Of a stretch of 64,000 bases of DNA, positions 27,351 through 43,109 are shown piece after piece (the first letter of the stretch is position 1; each line of letters opens with the position of its first letter). A program made the translations under genes and the position numbers. A model generated the notes under the pieces. That model did not search any database. It was not told the DNA's origin and saw only the letters and a list, made by a program, of their open reading frames with translations. Source of the DNA: Octopus vulgaris (Eukaryota); assembly GCA_951406725.2 (NCBI GenBank), contig OX597819.1, positions 17,360,001 to 17,424,000 of the forward strand. The letters are read 5' to 3'.

Positions 27351-27878
27351 GAATTCGAATCATTTGTAAATCTCTTATATATATGTATGTATATATATAC
27401 ATACGCACACACACACACGCACACATCTTTCATGTATACCCTTTTCTACCTTCCAAAATATTGCAAAACTAACATCATTGATTAAATTATATATTTATAG
27501 AAAATTAAAATTTAATTGTCTCTGCACATACGTATACGTATATGCATATATACATACATGCCTGCATATATACATGCACACATACATACCTGCATATACA
27601 AATGCATGCATGCACACATACATACATACATACATACATACATACATACATGCATGCATACATACATACATACATACATACATACATACATACATGCATA
27701 CATACATACATGCATACATACATGAGAACCATTAATGCATCGGCGCAAAGACAGCTATAACATTAGTAACGATAACATCATCATCGCCATCAACATCATT
27801 TCCATATGTATGTGTGTGTATGTGTAGGTGTGTGTATGTGTAATGTGCATGTATGCGTGTATGTGTGCATGTTTATGC

Positions 27879-27957
<79 letters not shown>

Positions 27958-28589
27958 CAAATATATATATGAATACACACATACACATATATGCATACAT
28001 GTATATACATCTGAGTGTATTGTGTGTGTGAGTGTGTGTATCATTCTTCATACGTATGTAAAGTACAGATGTACTTTAAAGTTCAAAGCGAAGTCAATAC
28101 GTAAATTGATTTAATATTTGTAAATTTCCGACGTTGGTGGATTGGCAAAAATTCTAGAACAACGCCTAAGTATGCCTTGCGGCATTTCTTGTAGCTCCTT
28201 ACCTAATGAGTTCAAACCCCGCTTTGGACTACACTGCTATTCATATTTCCATAGTAAATAAAGTACCAATAAAGTACCAATGACATACTGATGTCGCCCT
28301 CTTCGAATGTTCTAGACTTACCCTATAAAAATTATTTCTAAATTTACTAAAAGGTAATCGAAAGAGCATGTGTGTGTGTGTGTGAGTGGTTTGAAGGAAG
28401 CTACCAAGATGCTGGTGGTGATGGTGGTGGTTGTGGTGGGCACTTTAGTGGCAAGTTAAAGGCAACATCAAAAATGTGGGCTTGCCGTGTGTATCTAAGC
28501 AAGAACCTCTCCAAAGGTTTCCTCCGGGCCCCTAAATATACGTGCAAGCCAACTCAACCAAAGAATGTGTTTCTAGATGCATTATAAAT

Positions 28590-28788
28590 TGGTTTCAAAT
28601 TTTGGCACAGTGCCAGCAATTTCGGGTTAGGATGTGGTCGATTACATCGATTCCACTGTCCAACAGCTACTTACTTCATCGATCGCCAAACGATGAAATG
28701 CAAATACAGGCGCTGGGACGTAAGGACGGGCGAAATGCTGCATAGAGATCTGCCCAGCCTGCTGACCATTCTCCCAGCTTGCCGCCTT
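28590..28788 (-). mobile_element. Degenerate SINE family B
   Basis: CCAGCTTGCCGCCTT head end and GGCACAG...GTCGATTACATCGA tail remnants. Confidence 0.6.
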
Positions 28789-28960
28789 AAATGTAGTCTA
28801 TATTAAATATCAATACATACAAACGTGTCCATATTCACAAACACACGCACACACATATACATGTACATATATGTCATCACTTCACAGCTTCACACCCATG
28901 TAAAGATGTACATCATTGTTCACAGCGGATTCGATATTTTCAAATTACATTGCTTTTTTA

Positions 28961-29144
28961 TGTTTCAGTCATTTGACTGCGGCCATGCTGGAGCACCACC
29001 TTTAGTCGACCCCCAGGATTTATTCTTTCTAAGCCTAGTACTTAATCTGTCAGTCTCTTTTGCCGAACAGTTAGATTTTGGGGACGTAAACACACCAACA
29101 TCTGTTGTCAAGCGATGATGGGTGCAGGGCAAATATAGACACAA

Positions 29145-29179
<35 letters not shown>

Positions 29180-29320
29180 CATTTATACATGACAGGCTTC
29201 TTTCGGTTTCCGTCTACCAAATCCACTCACAAGATTTTGGTCGGCCCGAGGCTACAATAGAAGACACTTGCCCAAGGCGCCACGCTATAGGTCTGAACCA
29301 GGAAACAAGTGGTCAGGAAG
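28961..29320 (-). mobile_element. SINE family C
   Basis: Same architecture as 3223-3624. Confidence 0.88.
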
Positions 29321-29994
29321 AAAGATTCTTTATTTTATTATATTGGCCATAAGGCCTTACACAGAGAAAGGAAGCTGCGAGCTGGATGTAGACATAATGT
29401 TATATGAAATCAAAGTGAAAATGATGATTAATGGGGAAAAAAACGATGCCCGTCGCTTGACTTTTTGCCGAGGACATTGATCTCTTGTATATTGTTCATG
29501 AGACACCAAACCTCTACATTATTCACAATATTTAATAACAAAAGGAACTTTCTATAACACTGAGACTTTTCAACCTCTTATCCATATTCCTCCTCAACAT
29601 CGCTTGTGCTCGGATCCTCCGCCATCACCCACGCCTCATTCAAAATTAGAGCGGGTGCCATGTCGGCGTCGCCCGGCCACAAGCGATATTCCTCATTGAG
29701 TCCCTCCAGCCTAGACGTCAAGGGCAACGTTATGACCTCCACAGCTATCTGCGGAGGTCATTCGGGATCCTATGTGGAGGCTTATGGTGCTTTCTCCCCA
29801 CCTTTTTAATCTCTCCGCCTCTATAGAAGACTAATAATTCGTCTTCCTCTGGGTGGAGGATATCCAATTCTACTGTTGATGGTACATTTCCCGCCAACGG
29901 TATCTCTTCCCCCTGCCGGTGGCACAACCCCAACCGACGAGGTTCCGGCAACGCAAGCAAAACTGAATCCCAAAAAACAAATGTCTTACCTAGT

Positions 29995-30440
29995 AGTTGT
30001 CATAGACGACCAGATATCGTGCTCACCCATAAAGATGAAAAAGAAGTAAAGATAATAGATGTTGCAATACCAGGCGATTCGAGGGTGAAATGTAAGGAAA
30101 GAGAAAAGATTGAGAAAAACCAGCCACTGCGGGACGAGATAGGAAAGTTATGGGGTATGAGGAAAGTGATGGTGATACCGGTGGTAACCGGAGCACTAGG
30201 AGCACTTTTGCAAGGATTTTGAAAAACATATTAAGAATATTGGAGCCGCTGTCAGGCTCGAAGTGATCCAGAAGACGGCATTCTTGGGTACCGCTCGCAT
30301 TCTAAGGAGAGTATTGTCTCTTTGAGTCACAGGAGAAGGCACTACTTGAAACCTTTGGTGATTTGTTATTGCCTGCTTTCAAGTAAAGAATAACCGGTAA
30401 TTAAGAACAATCCGAGAGTCTTTGATGATAATAATAATAA
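29995..30440 (+). mobile_element. R4/Dong-like LINE 3' end (restriction-like endonuclease)
   Basis: HRRPDIVLTHKDEKEVKIIDVAIPGD...KIEK...LWGM...IPVVTGALG...IQKTAFLGTARILRRVL*: PD..D REL domain; ends in (AAT)n. Confidence 0.88.
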
Positions 30441-30504
30441 TAATGATGATGATGATGACGATGACGACGACGTCGACGACGATGATGATGATGATGATGA
30501 TGAT

Positions 30505-30612
30505 TACCAATAAACAAGTGTCAAACTTCGTTAGCTGTGGACAGCTGACACTTTCCACGAAACCCAGCAAAAGAAGTTGAGTTTTTTCATCAAAGAATAA
30601 TAATAATAATAA
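30505..30612 (+). mobile_element. 3' UTR-only copy of the R4/Dong element at 33456-33990
   Basis: AACAAGTGT...GCTGTGGACAGCTGACACTTTCCA...GAGTTTT followed by (AAT)n in both copies. Confidence 0.7.
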
Positions 30613-30616
30613 TGAT

Positions 30617-30838
30617 CCTTTCTTGTATAGGCACAAGGCCTGGAATTCGTTGGGAGAAGGAGAGTCGATCACATCGACCCCAATATTTAATTGGCCCTTA
30701 ATTTATCGACCCCCGTAAGGATGAAAGGCAAAGTCGACCTCGGCGGAATTTGAAGTCAGAACGTAACGGGAGAAGAAATACCGCTAAGTAGAAATACCGC
30801 TAGCCCAGCGTGCTAACGTTTCTGTCATCTCGCCGCCT
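30617..30838 (-). mobile_element. SINE family B
   Basis: GGCACAAGGCCTGGAATT tail; GGATGAAAGGCAAAGTCGACCTCGGCGGAATTTGAA core. Confidence 0.88.
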
Positions 30839-30865
30839 TAAATAATAATGATGTTGATGATGATG

Positions 30866-30908
<43 letters not shown>

Positions 30909-30923
30909 TAACAGTAATAAATA

Positions 30924-31468
30924 CTCTGATGCAGTACCAGGCAGTGGTTCTCGTGACTTCTGATCTTAACTGATTGGAAGTGTTATCATGTACATTGTTT
31001 TGTCTTGGTGTAAAAGATAGGCTACAGCAAATATTCTGCTCAATACCACAGATTTGCTTGTCAGTTGTTTGACCATAACCAGTCCCTTAGTGGCTGACGA
31101 TATGTGCATCTCTGATCATGAGCAGAAGTAGTGGGGGAGCATCATAGCCATGTGTTAAGAGGGATTCTTTGGTGTTCGAATATTTCACCTCTGAAAACAT
31201 GGGTGTTTCGTTCAACATCCTTAAACAACTCTTATTCAGGGTCCTTTTGGTCGGGATGTGCTACTCGACCTGACAAAAAATTCTAACTGGGAAACACCTG
31301 CAAGGTCATGTGCTGTTTATCTTGATATGAGATCACCAAGTCGCAAACAGTTGGTTGTGATGCATGTGCCTGGTGTACCCTTATCAGACGGGTAGTCATG
31401 ATGGGTATACTGGGCTTCGGAAATTTTACCCCAGTGTCACTTTGATGACATGCACTACTCTCACACTC
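30924..31468 (+). mobile_element. Non-coding repeat family L inserted in (AAT)n
   Basis: About 480 bp nearly identical in reverse to 36440-36922; both copies end in (AAT)n. Confidence 0.85.
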
Positions 31469-31489
31469 AATAATAATAATAATAATAGC

Positions 31490-31592
<103 letters not shown>

Positions 31593-31606
31593 GTGGTGAT
31601 GATGAT

Positions 31607-31701
31607 GAATTCGGAGTGTGATTCAAATTGAAAATTTGCTTTACTTTAAAGACGCCTGGTGGTGGTGGTGGTGATGGTGATGGTGATGGTGATGGTGATG
31701 G

Positions 31702-31735
<34 letters not shown>

Positions 31736-31827
31736 TTCGGAGTGTGATTCAAATTGAAAATTTGCTTTACTTTAAAGACGCCTGGTGGTGGTGGTGGTGG
31801 TGGTGATGGTGATGGTGATGGTGATGG

Positions 31828-31885
<58 letters not shown>

Positions 31886-31933
31886 TTCGGAGTGTGATTC
31901 AAATTGAAAATTTGCTTTACTTTAAAGACGCCT
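31607..31933 (+). repeat. Triplicated 51-bp unit separated by (GGT)(GATGGT)(GAT) spacers
   Basis: GAATTCGGAGTGTGATTCAAATTGAAAATTTGCTTTACTTTAAAGACGCCT at 31607, 31733 and 31883. Confidence 0.95.
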
Positions 31934-32409
31934 ACAGTATTCTGCGTTATAAAACATTTAAATAAAAAGTAAACAAACGGTTAAGCTAATATAGGTAATA
32001 AAAATTTATGTCATTGTTAAGAGATACGTTCACTTGGTTCCATATGATGGGAAGAATTTGGTGCGGAAAGAATAGAAATAAATTAAGTTAGGTTTGATAA
32101 GTATTGGGGGACAAAAAAAAAAGGAAGAAAAATTATAATTTATGATTTACATGTCAGAAAAATAAATCTAAGAAGCGATTAAAAATAAGGGAAAATTGTG
32201 TGTTGCAGTGTGTTTGTATATTTTTACAGCTTTGCAGTTATTTACTTGTTTGTTTTCCTTTCACATTCGACACAACACTGTACCATATTTTAATTGTTTT
32301 GTGAATTGCCCTTGTAATGTCCTTCAAGAAGAACAAACACAACAACAACAATAACAACAATAAGCGCACCGGCAATGAAGACAACTAGAAGAGAAGTAAT
32401 GATATCATT

Positions 32410-32442
<33 letters not shown>

Positions 32443-32786
32443 GTAGTCGTCGTCATCATCATCAACTTCAATACAACAAAACAATAACTTTTTTTGCAAT
32501 GTTTTGATTAATTTCTAAAGCCACACCCTTAATCAAATTAGACACAATTTGTTTCATCTTTAAAAATTTATTCATTACATACTGTCTTATCTCCTCACTC
32601 TCGTCCTCCCCTCCTCCCAGCCTTCCTTCCTTCATTCCTTTCTTCCTTCCTTCCTTCCCATCTTCCTTCATCCCTTCTTTCTTTGCTTCAGCTCTTGTTT
32701 CCTTCTCATTTTGTTTTCGATTCCTTTTATTGTTTGCTATTACATCATTATCATCACACCCTCATCATCATCATCATCATCAGCAC

Positions 32787-32838
<52 letters not shown>

Positions 32839-32845
32839 GTCATCG

Positions 32846-32888
<43 letters not shown>

Positions 32889-32890
32889 TG

Positions 32891-32934
<44 letters not shown>

Positions 32935-33455
32935 GCCACCATCATCGTCAATATAATTTAGCCAGATATTCATAATAACCCACACCTTGAATACACACAC
33001 TCTTTAAAATGGTAACTCTCACCAAACCATACGTCTACAAGCAGATACGCGCATCACACTTGTATAAATACATATGTAAACGCACAGGCACCCCCCCCCA
33101 CACTATATCTATGTATGCTTGCACACATGTATATACGTGCATTTTTGTATGTATTTATCTATATCGTTGTAATGGCGGATCTCGAAGTAGATAAAGCTAT
33201 AAATAATATCATGCCCAATATTGGGTTAGAATGCACCTTGGGTAGAAAAGAGTCGAAGGCTGCCTGCGGAATTTGAATCTACATTTTCTGTGGACATGAC
33301 TGATATTCTACCATTATATCAAAGGAACCGTTCGTTCGTATTTGCTCCATCCGGTTTAGAAACTTCGATTTCCAACTGTAAAACGATTTCTTTTACATCC
33401 TTCGACAGTTTTAAAGAATGAAATACTATTATAATGTAAACCTATACATAAATTC

Positions 33456-34575
<1,120 letters not shown>

Positions 34576-34863
34576 TTCTTCGTCATTAGCTACAAGTATC
34601 ATCATGAACGCCACCTATTCTATTTACCTTCGTCATCTTCGTTATTGTCGTTATCTACATCCCCATCGCTTCCATCATCCTTGTCCTCCTCCACATCATC
34701 ATCGTTGTCATAATCACGTTTAGGATTACAATCCCGTTCATTATCACAGGCATTTTTTATAACCATGACCCTGACCTCCACGATCACCACCCACCTCTTC
34801 CTTTTTTCGATCGTCCACACCATCCATCACCATCACCGCCATCGTCGTCGTCGTAGTTATTAT

Positions 34864-35095
34864 GGGCGGTTAGCTGGCAGAGTCGTTAGCGCGCCGGGCG
34901 GAATGCGTAGCCGTATTTCGCCTGCCTCTACGTTATGAGTTCAAATTCCGCCGAGGTCGACTTTGCCTTTCATCCTCCCGGGGTCGATTAAATAAGTACC
35001 AGTTACGCACTGGGGTCGATATAATCGACTTAATCCGTTTGTCTGTCCTTGTTTGTCCTCTCTGTGTTTAGCCCCTTGTGGGTAGTAAAGAAATA
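34864..35095 (+). mobile_element. SINE family A
   Basis: Full copy; TSD AGTTATTATG on both sides. Confidence 0.92.
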
Positions 35096-35878
35096 AGTTA
35101 TTATGACAATCCGCCATATTCCTCTTCCTCCTCATCATTATGAACATATGATAAAAGTTATATTTTGCTTTTACTCAAACACCTACATAATAGTACAGCC
35201 TCACACACAATCCCACACCCTTCAAACACACACACACACACACACACCACATATAACACAAATACATATCTCTCTTTCCTTCTCTTTCTCTATCCATTTC
35301 TTTAATCCCTAAATCCCCGGTTCTCTTTCTTCATTTATCCTCTCTCAATCCCTTCTCCGTCTCATACACATTAGTTGTCGATCTCATCTCAAACATACAC
35401 AACACATTGCGTCCATACTACGAAACCTAGATTCTTCATTAGCATCTCCCAACCTTTCTCTCCTGATTTTGCTTCAGCACCTTGTAGGACTGACTTAGAT
35501 AACCCCGAAGGTCCTACACTCTACACGCATCTCTTCAGTTTATATATAACTTCACTATGGAGCCAGTATTATCAAAGAGACCTACAGCAGTCACCATTCT
35601 TTGCTGTAATTCTTTCGTTTGATATGTGATCTATGGCAGTTAATATTTAACAGATTAGCTTAACATTTCGTTTCATAATCTTTGATGCTTCTATCATTCA
35701 TTCTCCTCTCTTACCCTTTTTCTCCTTCTCTCATTCTCCCTATCCCTACATTTCTCTATAAATATACACGTATATATATTCCAATGCAGACATACACACA
35801 TAGATAGATGGGATAGATAGACAGACCGACAGACAGACAGATAGACAGATAGATAGATAAATAGATAGATAGATAGGC

Positions 35879-35916
<38 letters not shown>

Positions 35917-36164
35917 GCAGATAGATAGATAGATAGACAGATAGATAGATAGATAAATAAATAGATAGATAGATAGACAGATAGATAGATAGATCGATAG
36001 ATAGCTGGCTGCATATAATACATAAATTTACAGATGTGCGTTCTGTGCAACTCGTGTTGTCAGGACTAATATTGCAAGTGAGTGTATAAAGAGTCACAGG
36101 TAACCTTGCCAGTAGTCGCTCACTTTCCGATCTTATATTAAGTTTGCTTTACCTGGTCTCTCCT

Positions 36165-36320
36165 TATTTACATTATTTACATTTGACAGACATTCGTCCT
36201 CATCTTGCTTGTTGTTAACACAACGTTTCAGCTGATATACCCTCCAGCCTTCATCAGGTCTCTTGGGGAAATTCCAAACCTGGGTTCTCATTCCTAAGGT
36301 ATTTTTCGATGTTGTTGTTG
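36165..36320 (-). mobile_element. Family K HHR tail (HHR 36217-36262)
   Basis: Minus strand GAC-CTGATGA-A-GGCTG gagggtatat CAGCT-GAAAC-GTT-GTGTT; adjoins an (ATT)n tract. Confidence 0.8.
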
Positions 36321-36349
36321 TTGTTATTGTTATTGTTATTGTTGTTGTT

Positions 36350-36439
<90 letters not shown>

Positions 36440-36922
36440 GAGAGAGCAGTGCATGCCATCAAAGTGACACTAGGGTAAAATATACGAAGCCCAGTATACT
36501 CATCATGACTACCCATCTGATAAGGGTACACCAGGCACATGCATCACAACCATATGTGCGCGACATGGTGATCTCATATGAAGATAAACAGCACATGACC
36601 TTGCAGGTGGGGCCCAGTTAAAATTTTCTTCTGGTCGAGTAACCCATCCCGCTCAAAAGGTCCCTGAATAAGGGTTGTTTAAGGATGTTAAACGAAACAC
36701 CCATGTTTCCTGTAATGAATTATTCAAACACCAAAGAATCCCTCTCAACACATGGCTATGATGCTCCCCCACTACTTCTGCTCGTGATCAGAGATGCACA
36801 TATCGTCAGCCACTAAGGGACATGCTCAACTGGTTAAGGTCAAACAACTGACAAGCAAATCTGTGGTAGTGAGCAGAATATTTGCTGTAGCCCATCTTTT
36901 ATACCAAGATAAAACAATGTAC
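36440..36922 (-). mobile_element. Family L repeat
   Basis: Reverse complement of 30985-31465. Confidence 0.85.
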
Positions 36923-37039
36923 CTTTTACGATCCCTTTTGATCGAAAACCAACCCCCCTTTTTTTTACCCCCAAAAGAAAAGCTCAACCTTGTAATTTGT
37001 TCTGTCTGTGTGCAGCCCTGTTTGGCTAATAAAGAAACA

Positions 37040-37119
<80 letters not shown>

Positions 37120-37124
37120 AATCA

Positions 37125-37215
<91 letters not shown>

Positions 37216-37222
37216 AATCAAT

Positions 37223-37291
<69 letters not shown>

Positions 37292-37298
37292 AATCAAT

Positions 37299-37397
<99 letters not shown>

Positions 37398-37410
37398 ACT
37401 ATCTATCTAC

Positions 37411-37485
<75 letters not shown>
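37040..37485. repeat. (TATC)n microsatellite
   Basis: Direct reading; explains the YLSI-repeat ORFs. Confidence 0.97.
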
Positions 37486-37486
<1 letters not shown>

Positions 37487-38343
37487 GTTATATGTACGTC
37501 GGTGAGTATGATTCTCTCAATAATTTCAATAATAAAAGAAACCGAGAGCAGTTTTAAAAAGGGGAAATACATTGCAAGATCAGGGTGCATTTCCTTATAT
37601 TCCTATTAACCTCACAAGAAACGCATAAACTAAACAAGCAAAAACAAAAACAAAAACAAACGTTTCTGTGATTTTCACAATGTGAAAACGCAGAAAGAGC
37701 TTGTGTTAGGTGCAAGGGCAATATCGTTAGTATATATAGATATATATGGAAATATGGAAATATATGTATGGGCTGCGTGTGTGTGTATGTATTAGTATGC
37801 AGATTTGCCATTTCCTTGTTTATTATCAGATGAAATTATTGAAGCGAAACCGTAAGTTATTCTCATTGCCATTGTCAAGTATTTCTCATCTCTGTACGAT
37901 GATGATGATGATGATGATGACTCAAAAACATAATATCAGATTTTATTTCCGATTGTCTTTTGAATAACAATATCCATTGTATTAGTAAATAATGTTGTTG
38001 CTGCTGCTGCTGCTGCTGCTGTTGATGATGGTGGTGATAATAGTTTCTTTTGTCACCAAGAGGACGGTTGAGGAAACATTGCGAAAGAATTAAAGGAAAA
38101 ACTCTGTGTGTGTGTGTGTGTGGCAGGTGGGTGTTGGGGGACCAGTCTGAGAAAATAACAAGCATGAAACATCATCATAGAAATGTATACATAGATACAT
38201 ATATGTATATATATATATATATATATATCTATACATGATATACGTATATATACATATGAAAATCTTGTTAATAAGTGGAACACTATCCGATATAAATACA
38301 CACACACATACACTCACACACACACACACACACATATATATGC

Positions 38344-38814
<471 letters not shown>

Positions 38815-39489
38815 GTATATATATATATGATATGAAAATCTTGTCAGGAGCGGAGCGCTATCCTAAAGTGGCTCGAAGATTCAGGCACATCTTTCAGGCT
38901 ACAAATATGACGTCACAATTCAACACTTTTCGGGGAACGGTGCATTCTTTTTCCCTGTATATATGCCTTACTTAAGCTAAACATGCAACTCAAGCATTTT
39001 TGTCTCTACAGGCAATCTTCCAAAAATGTATATCCTCGAAGCTGATTCGATCGCCGGCAATAAAACTACCTATTTTATTGCCGCCCGAAGTAACCGATGC
39101 TTTCTTACAAATTCTACATTGTTACATTCGGGAAATCCCTTCGGTATATGTCAGAAAATAAAAACTACTTTCACATTTTTACATCAACCAAATCTTCTAT
39201 CAACTTCGGTCACTAAATTCCCCGCGTGCGTCTAAGACACCTTTCCAGTCACCCATTAATGTATATGAGTACGATACTCTCACCTTGCTTCTGTACCCTT
39301 GAATAAGTTTAGACGTCTGCCACAGCCGAGGCATATTCGGCTTCTCGTTAAAAGCAAGGCTTTAGCTTTTGTTTTGATCCATCTTCAACAACTTACAATC
39401 AGAGTCGAGAAAGAAGGTACTGACGAGATCAAGAACTTCCCGGGGCATTTCCTCCGTGGTTCATCCCGTACTTACCCGGTATAATGCGC

Positions 39490-39713
39490 GAGATGGTAGA
39501 AACGTTAGCAGGCAGGGCGAAATTCCTAGCGGTATTTCGTCTGCGTTACGTTGTGAGTTCAAATTCCGCCGAGGTCGACTTTGCCTTTCATCCTTTCGGG
39601 GTCGATAAATTAAGTACCAGTTACGCACTGGGGTCGATGTAATCGACTTAATACCTATGCCTGTCCTTGTTTGTCCCCTCTGTGTTTAGCCCCTTGTGGG
39701 TAATAAAGAAATA
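39490..39713 (+). mobile_element. SINE family A
   Basis: TSD GGTATAATGCGCGA at 39478-39491 and 39714-39727. Confidence 0.92.
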
Positions 39714-40283
39714 GGTATAATGCGCGAATATGTGCATGTCTAAAGTCCTGAATCCAGATCTGGTGACAATGAAATCCAGTGGAAAATATCTTTCGAGGAA
39801 CTCGTTATTGTCAGTGTCGGTAAACGTTCTTATATCCTATGACCTGATGTCGTTCATTAAGTGAATCTTTTTCATCAGTCCATTAGTCACGTGCCTTCAC
39901 GCAGCTCACTCTTTATACATTCATACAAAGTTGGGCAAATAACGGAAGAGGTCATTCACTTATGTCTCGAGGTTTTCATTGAATGCTTACTCCAAAAGAT
40001 TTTGTTTACAGCTTTTGAAAATTCCCACATCGCGAGGGAATTTCTCACATAAAATATGAAAGACTTTCGCTGTTGTTTAAATCATAATCCTTTTGATAGA
40101 TTTTGCTTTAAGTATTCATTGATGCCCTTTTTGGTGTACATGATTCCACCACTTGTTTGAAGTGTTGTATCTATAATGCTTATATAATGGTCAGTATAAA
40201 TTGAGGCAAATTTTATGATGGCTTCGTTCGTATTCTTTCCATGCCATTCACTAAAACATGTTTAATATTCTCTCCTCAATAAA

Positions 40284-40500
40284 GCGGCGAGCTGGCAGAA
40301 TCGTCAGCACGCCGGGCGAAATGCGTAGCCGTGTTTCGTCTGCCGCTGCGTTCTGAGTTCAAATTCCGCCGAGGTCGACTTTGCCTTTCATCTTTTCGGT
40401 GTCGATAAATTAAGTACCAGTTGCGTATTTGGGGTCGATCTAATCGACTGCCCGCCCTCACCAAAATTCCAGGCCTTGTGCCTAGAGTAGAAAAGAATAT
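40284..40500 (+). mobile_element. SINE family B
   Basis: Family A head and core with tail CAGGCCTTGTGCCTAGAGTAGAAAAGAAT. Confidence 0.9.
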
Positions 40501-40654
40501 ACGTCACTGTCTATGCGTATATGTACTTTTGTATGCGAACGTGTGGATGTGTGTGAATGTCTGAGAGAGTCTTGTTCTGTTGTTAATCCTAATCAGACTT
40601 CTGACCGAAGACATTTCAGCCGTGACCATCGCTTATTATTTTATTGACCAATAA

Positions 40655-40822
40655 TTCGTCTGCCCTTAGGTTTTGAATTCAAATTCCGCCAAGGTCGACT
40701 TTGCCTTTCATCCTTCGGGGTCGATAAATTAAGTAGCTGTTGCGTACTGGGGTCAATCTGATCGACAGCCCCACCCACTCCCCCAAAATTTCGGACTTTG
40801 TGCTTAGAGTAGAAAAGAATAT
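40655..40822 (+). mobile_element. SINE family B, 5'-truncated
   Basis: B-box, core and tail as at 40284. Confidence 0.85.
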
Positions 40823-41104
40823 TACTTATATAGTGGTCAGTATAAATTGTGACAAATCTTATCATGGCGTGTTCTTTCTATGCTGTTCACTAAAACACGT
40901 TTAATATTCTCTCCTCAGTGGCTACCCAGGCAGCACTTGCTCATTGAAGATTACTGAACTAATTGCAGACAGGAAGTAGAGAAAAATAACTTCGAAATAT
41001 GATGGTCGAAAGTAAGGATTACAAAAGTGTGTCGCTGTCTCACAAGAAAACTGAACGTCGGAGCAATTATCATCGAGAAATTAGGTTCACTTGTGATTAA
41101 TTTT

Positions 41105-41300
41105 TTCACTTGTTTCAGCCATCAGACAGCGGCCGAGCTGGAGCGCCGTCTCGAGGAATTTTTAGTTGAATGGATCGATCTCTAGACATCTTTTTTAAAG
41201 CCTAGCACTTATTCTATCGATCCCTTTAGTCGAACAACTAATGTACAGGAACGTAAACATAGTAACACCGGTTGTCATACAGAGTCAAACACTGGCACAA
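41105..41300 (-). mobile_element. SINE family C, 3' half, degenerate
   Basis: TGTTTCAGCCATCAGACAGCGGCC...AGCCTAGCACTTATTCTATCG. Confidence 0.7.
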
Positions 41301-41437
41301 AGACACACACATGCGCATGTATGTATATATGTATATATATGCATCTATATATATATATGTATATGTATACACACACAGACACCCACACACACATAAATGT
41401 TTCTGTGTGTATGCGTATACCTGTGTACATACACTTA

Positions 41438-41470
<33 letters not shown>

Positions 41471-41883
41471 TTCAGGTGATCTCGTGAGAAAGCGGAATGT
41501 TTTAATCTGTCAAACTATCTATGTATGTGCCACGCCCTCTCACCGCGCTCCCTCTCCCTCGTTCACTTTCTCTCTCTCTTCTTTCTTTACACCTACCACT
41601 CCCACCTTCACTCTCTCCCACCTCACTTTCCCCACTCTCTCCCTCTCTTTCCCTCTCTATTTCTTGTAAGTGAAGTCGTAAGTAATGAATGAATCACAAT
41701 GACTCGCTTGATCTTTTGTTAACAGGAATTCAAAAGTATTTGAAATTTTGCTTCGTTAATTAGCTACATTGGCTAATTAGTAATAGTAAATCTTCAAATT
41801 AATAATTAATAAATGATCATAGCTGTTGGTTGACTTTTTACTGTTGTTGTTGTTGAGGCGACGGTCGATCCTCTTCTCGTTGT

Positions 41884-42316
41884 GATAGTAGTAGTAGTAG
41901 TAGTAGTAGTAGCAGTAGTAGTATTGGTATTAGTAGTAGTAACAGTAGTAGTAGTAGCAGCAGTAGCATTGGTATTAGTAGTAGTAGCAGTAGTAGTATT
42001 GGTATTAGTAGTAGTAACAGTAGTAGTAGTAGCAGCAGTAGCATTGGTATTAGTAGTAGTAGCAGTAGTAGTATTGGTATTAGTAGTAGTAACAGTAGTA
42101 GTAGTAGTAGTAGCAGCAGTAGTAGCATTGGTATTAGTAGTAGTAACAGTAGTAGTAGTAGCAGCAGTAGTAGCATTGGTATTAGTAGTAACAGTAGTAG
42201 TAGTAGTAGCAGTAGTAGCATTGGTATTAGTAGTAGTAGCAGTAGCAGTAGTAGTAGCAGTATTAGTAGTAGTAGTAGCAGTAGTAGTATTGGTAGTAGT
42301 AGTAGTAGTGGTGGTG

Positions 42317-42352
<36 letters not shown>

Positions 42353-42355
42353 GCA
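41884..42355. repeat. (AGT)n-based minisatellite with recurring ATTGGTATT
   Basis: Direct reading. Confidence 0.93.
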
Positions 42356-43109
42356 ATTGCTGGCGTTGCTCTTGTGGCGGTGTTGATGGTGGTAGCAGCA
42401 GTTACACCTTACCGTCGTGGGGTTGGTTGTAGAAGTATTTGCTGTAGTAGTAGTGGTGGTCTTGGTTTGTTGGCATTGTGGTGTTGGTGGTGGTGGTAGT
42501 AGAGGTCGTCTCGTAATTCTTGAATTGTTGTTGCAGTGGTAGTTTCTGGTTTCTGCTGATGGTCGTAGTGATCACTATTTAGAAAGTCACAAGTCAATCC
42601 TGATTCAGCAGTCCAACGATCTACGGCGTTACAGCCATGACCATCTTGTCGTTATTCTATATAGCTGTGAGTATACTATGGAAATTTCGTTTGTTGATCG
42701 GTGCATCGTGGTTCCAGGTTCAATAACACCACCGGACACACGAGTATCTCTAATGGGTTTCACTGGGTTCTGTTGTTGGCAATAAAACCATACTGTAATC
42801 TGGGGATCGGATTATCGACATCGTAATCTCATAGGAGAGCAACAGATTAGACATTCCATGGTATGCAAAGATATACAAATATAAACATACATGCATATAT
42901 GTGTGTATGTGTGGATGTGTGTGTATATGAGTGTGTGAGTGTGTAAGTCGTCCCAGAGTCCATAAGTCAGGAAAAAAATGTACTCTCATATCTCTCAGGA
43001 AGCTGGATATATTAATCGAAGTGTATAGTATTGTATATCCATTACGGGCGATATTACCAATTGGGTTCGCATTAGGGGTTCAACGGAGTGTTAGGTAACA
43101 ATCCAATTA

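Noticed and set aside
29580-29960. GC-richer segment with short ORFs
   Set aside because: No recognisable motif; possibly decayed retroelement ORF1 but unsupported
31607-31933. CRISPR-like repeat-spacer appearance
   Set aside because: Eukaryotic context, spacers are microsatellites, only three units, no cas genes
36794-37609. 271-aa ORF
   Set aside because: Made of family L antisense plus (TATC)n (YLSI repeats)
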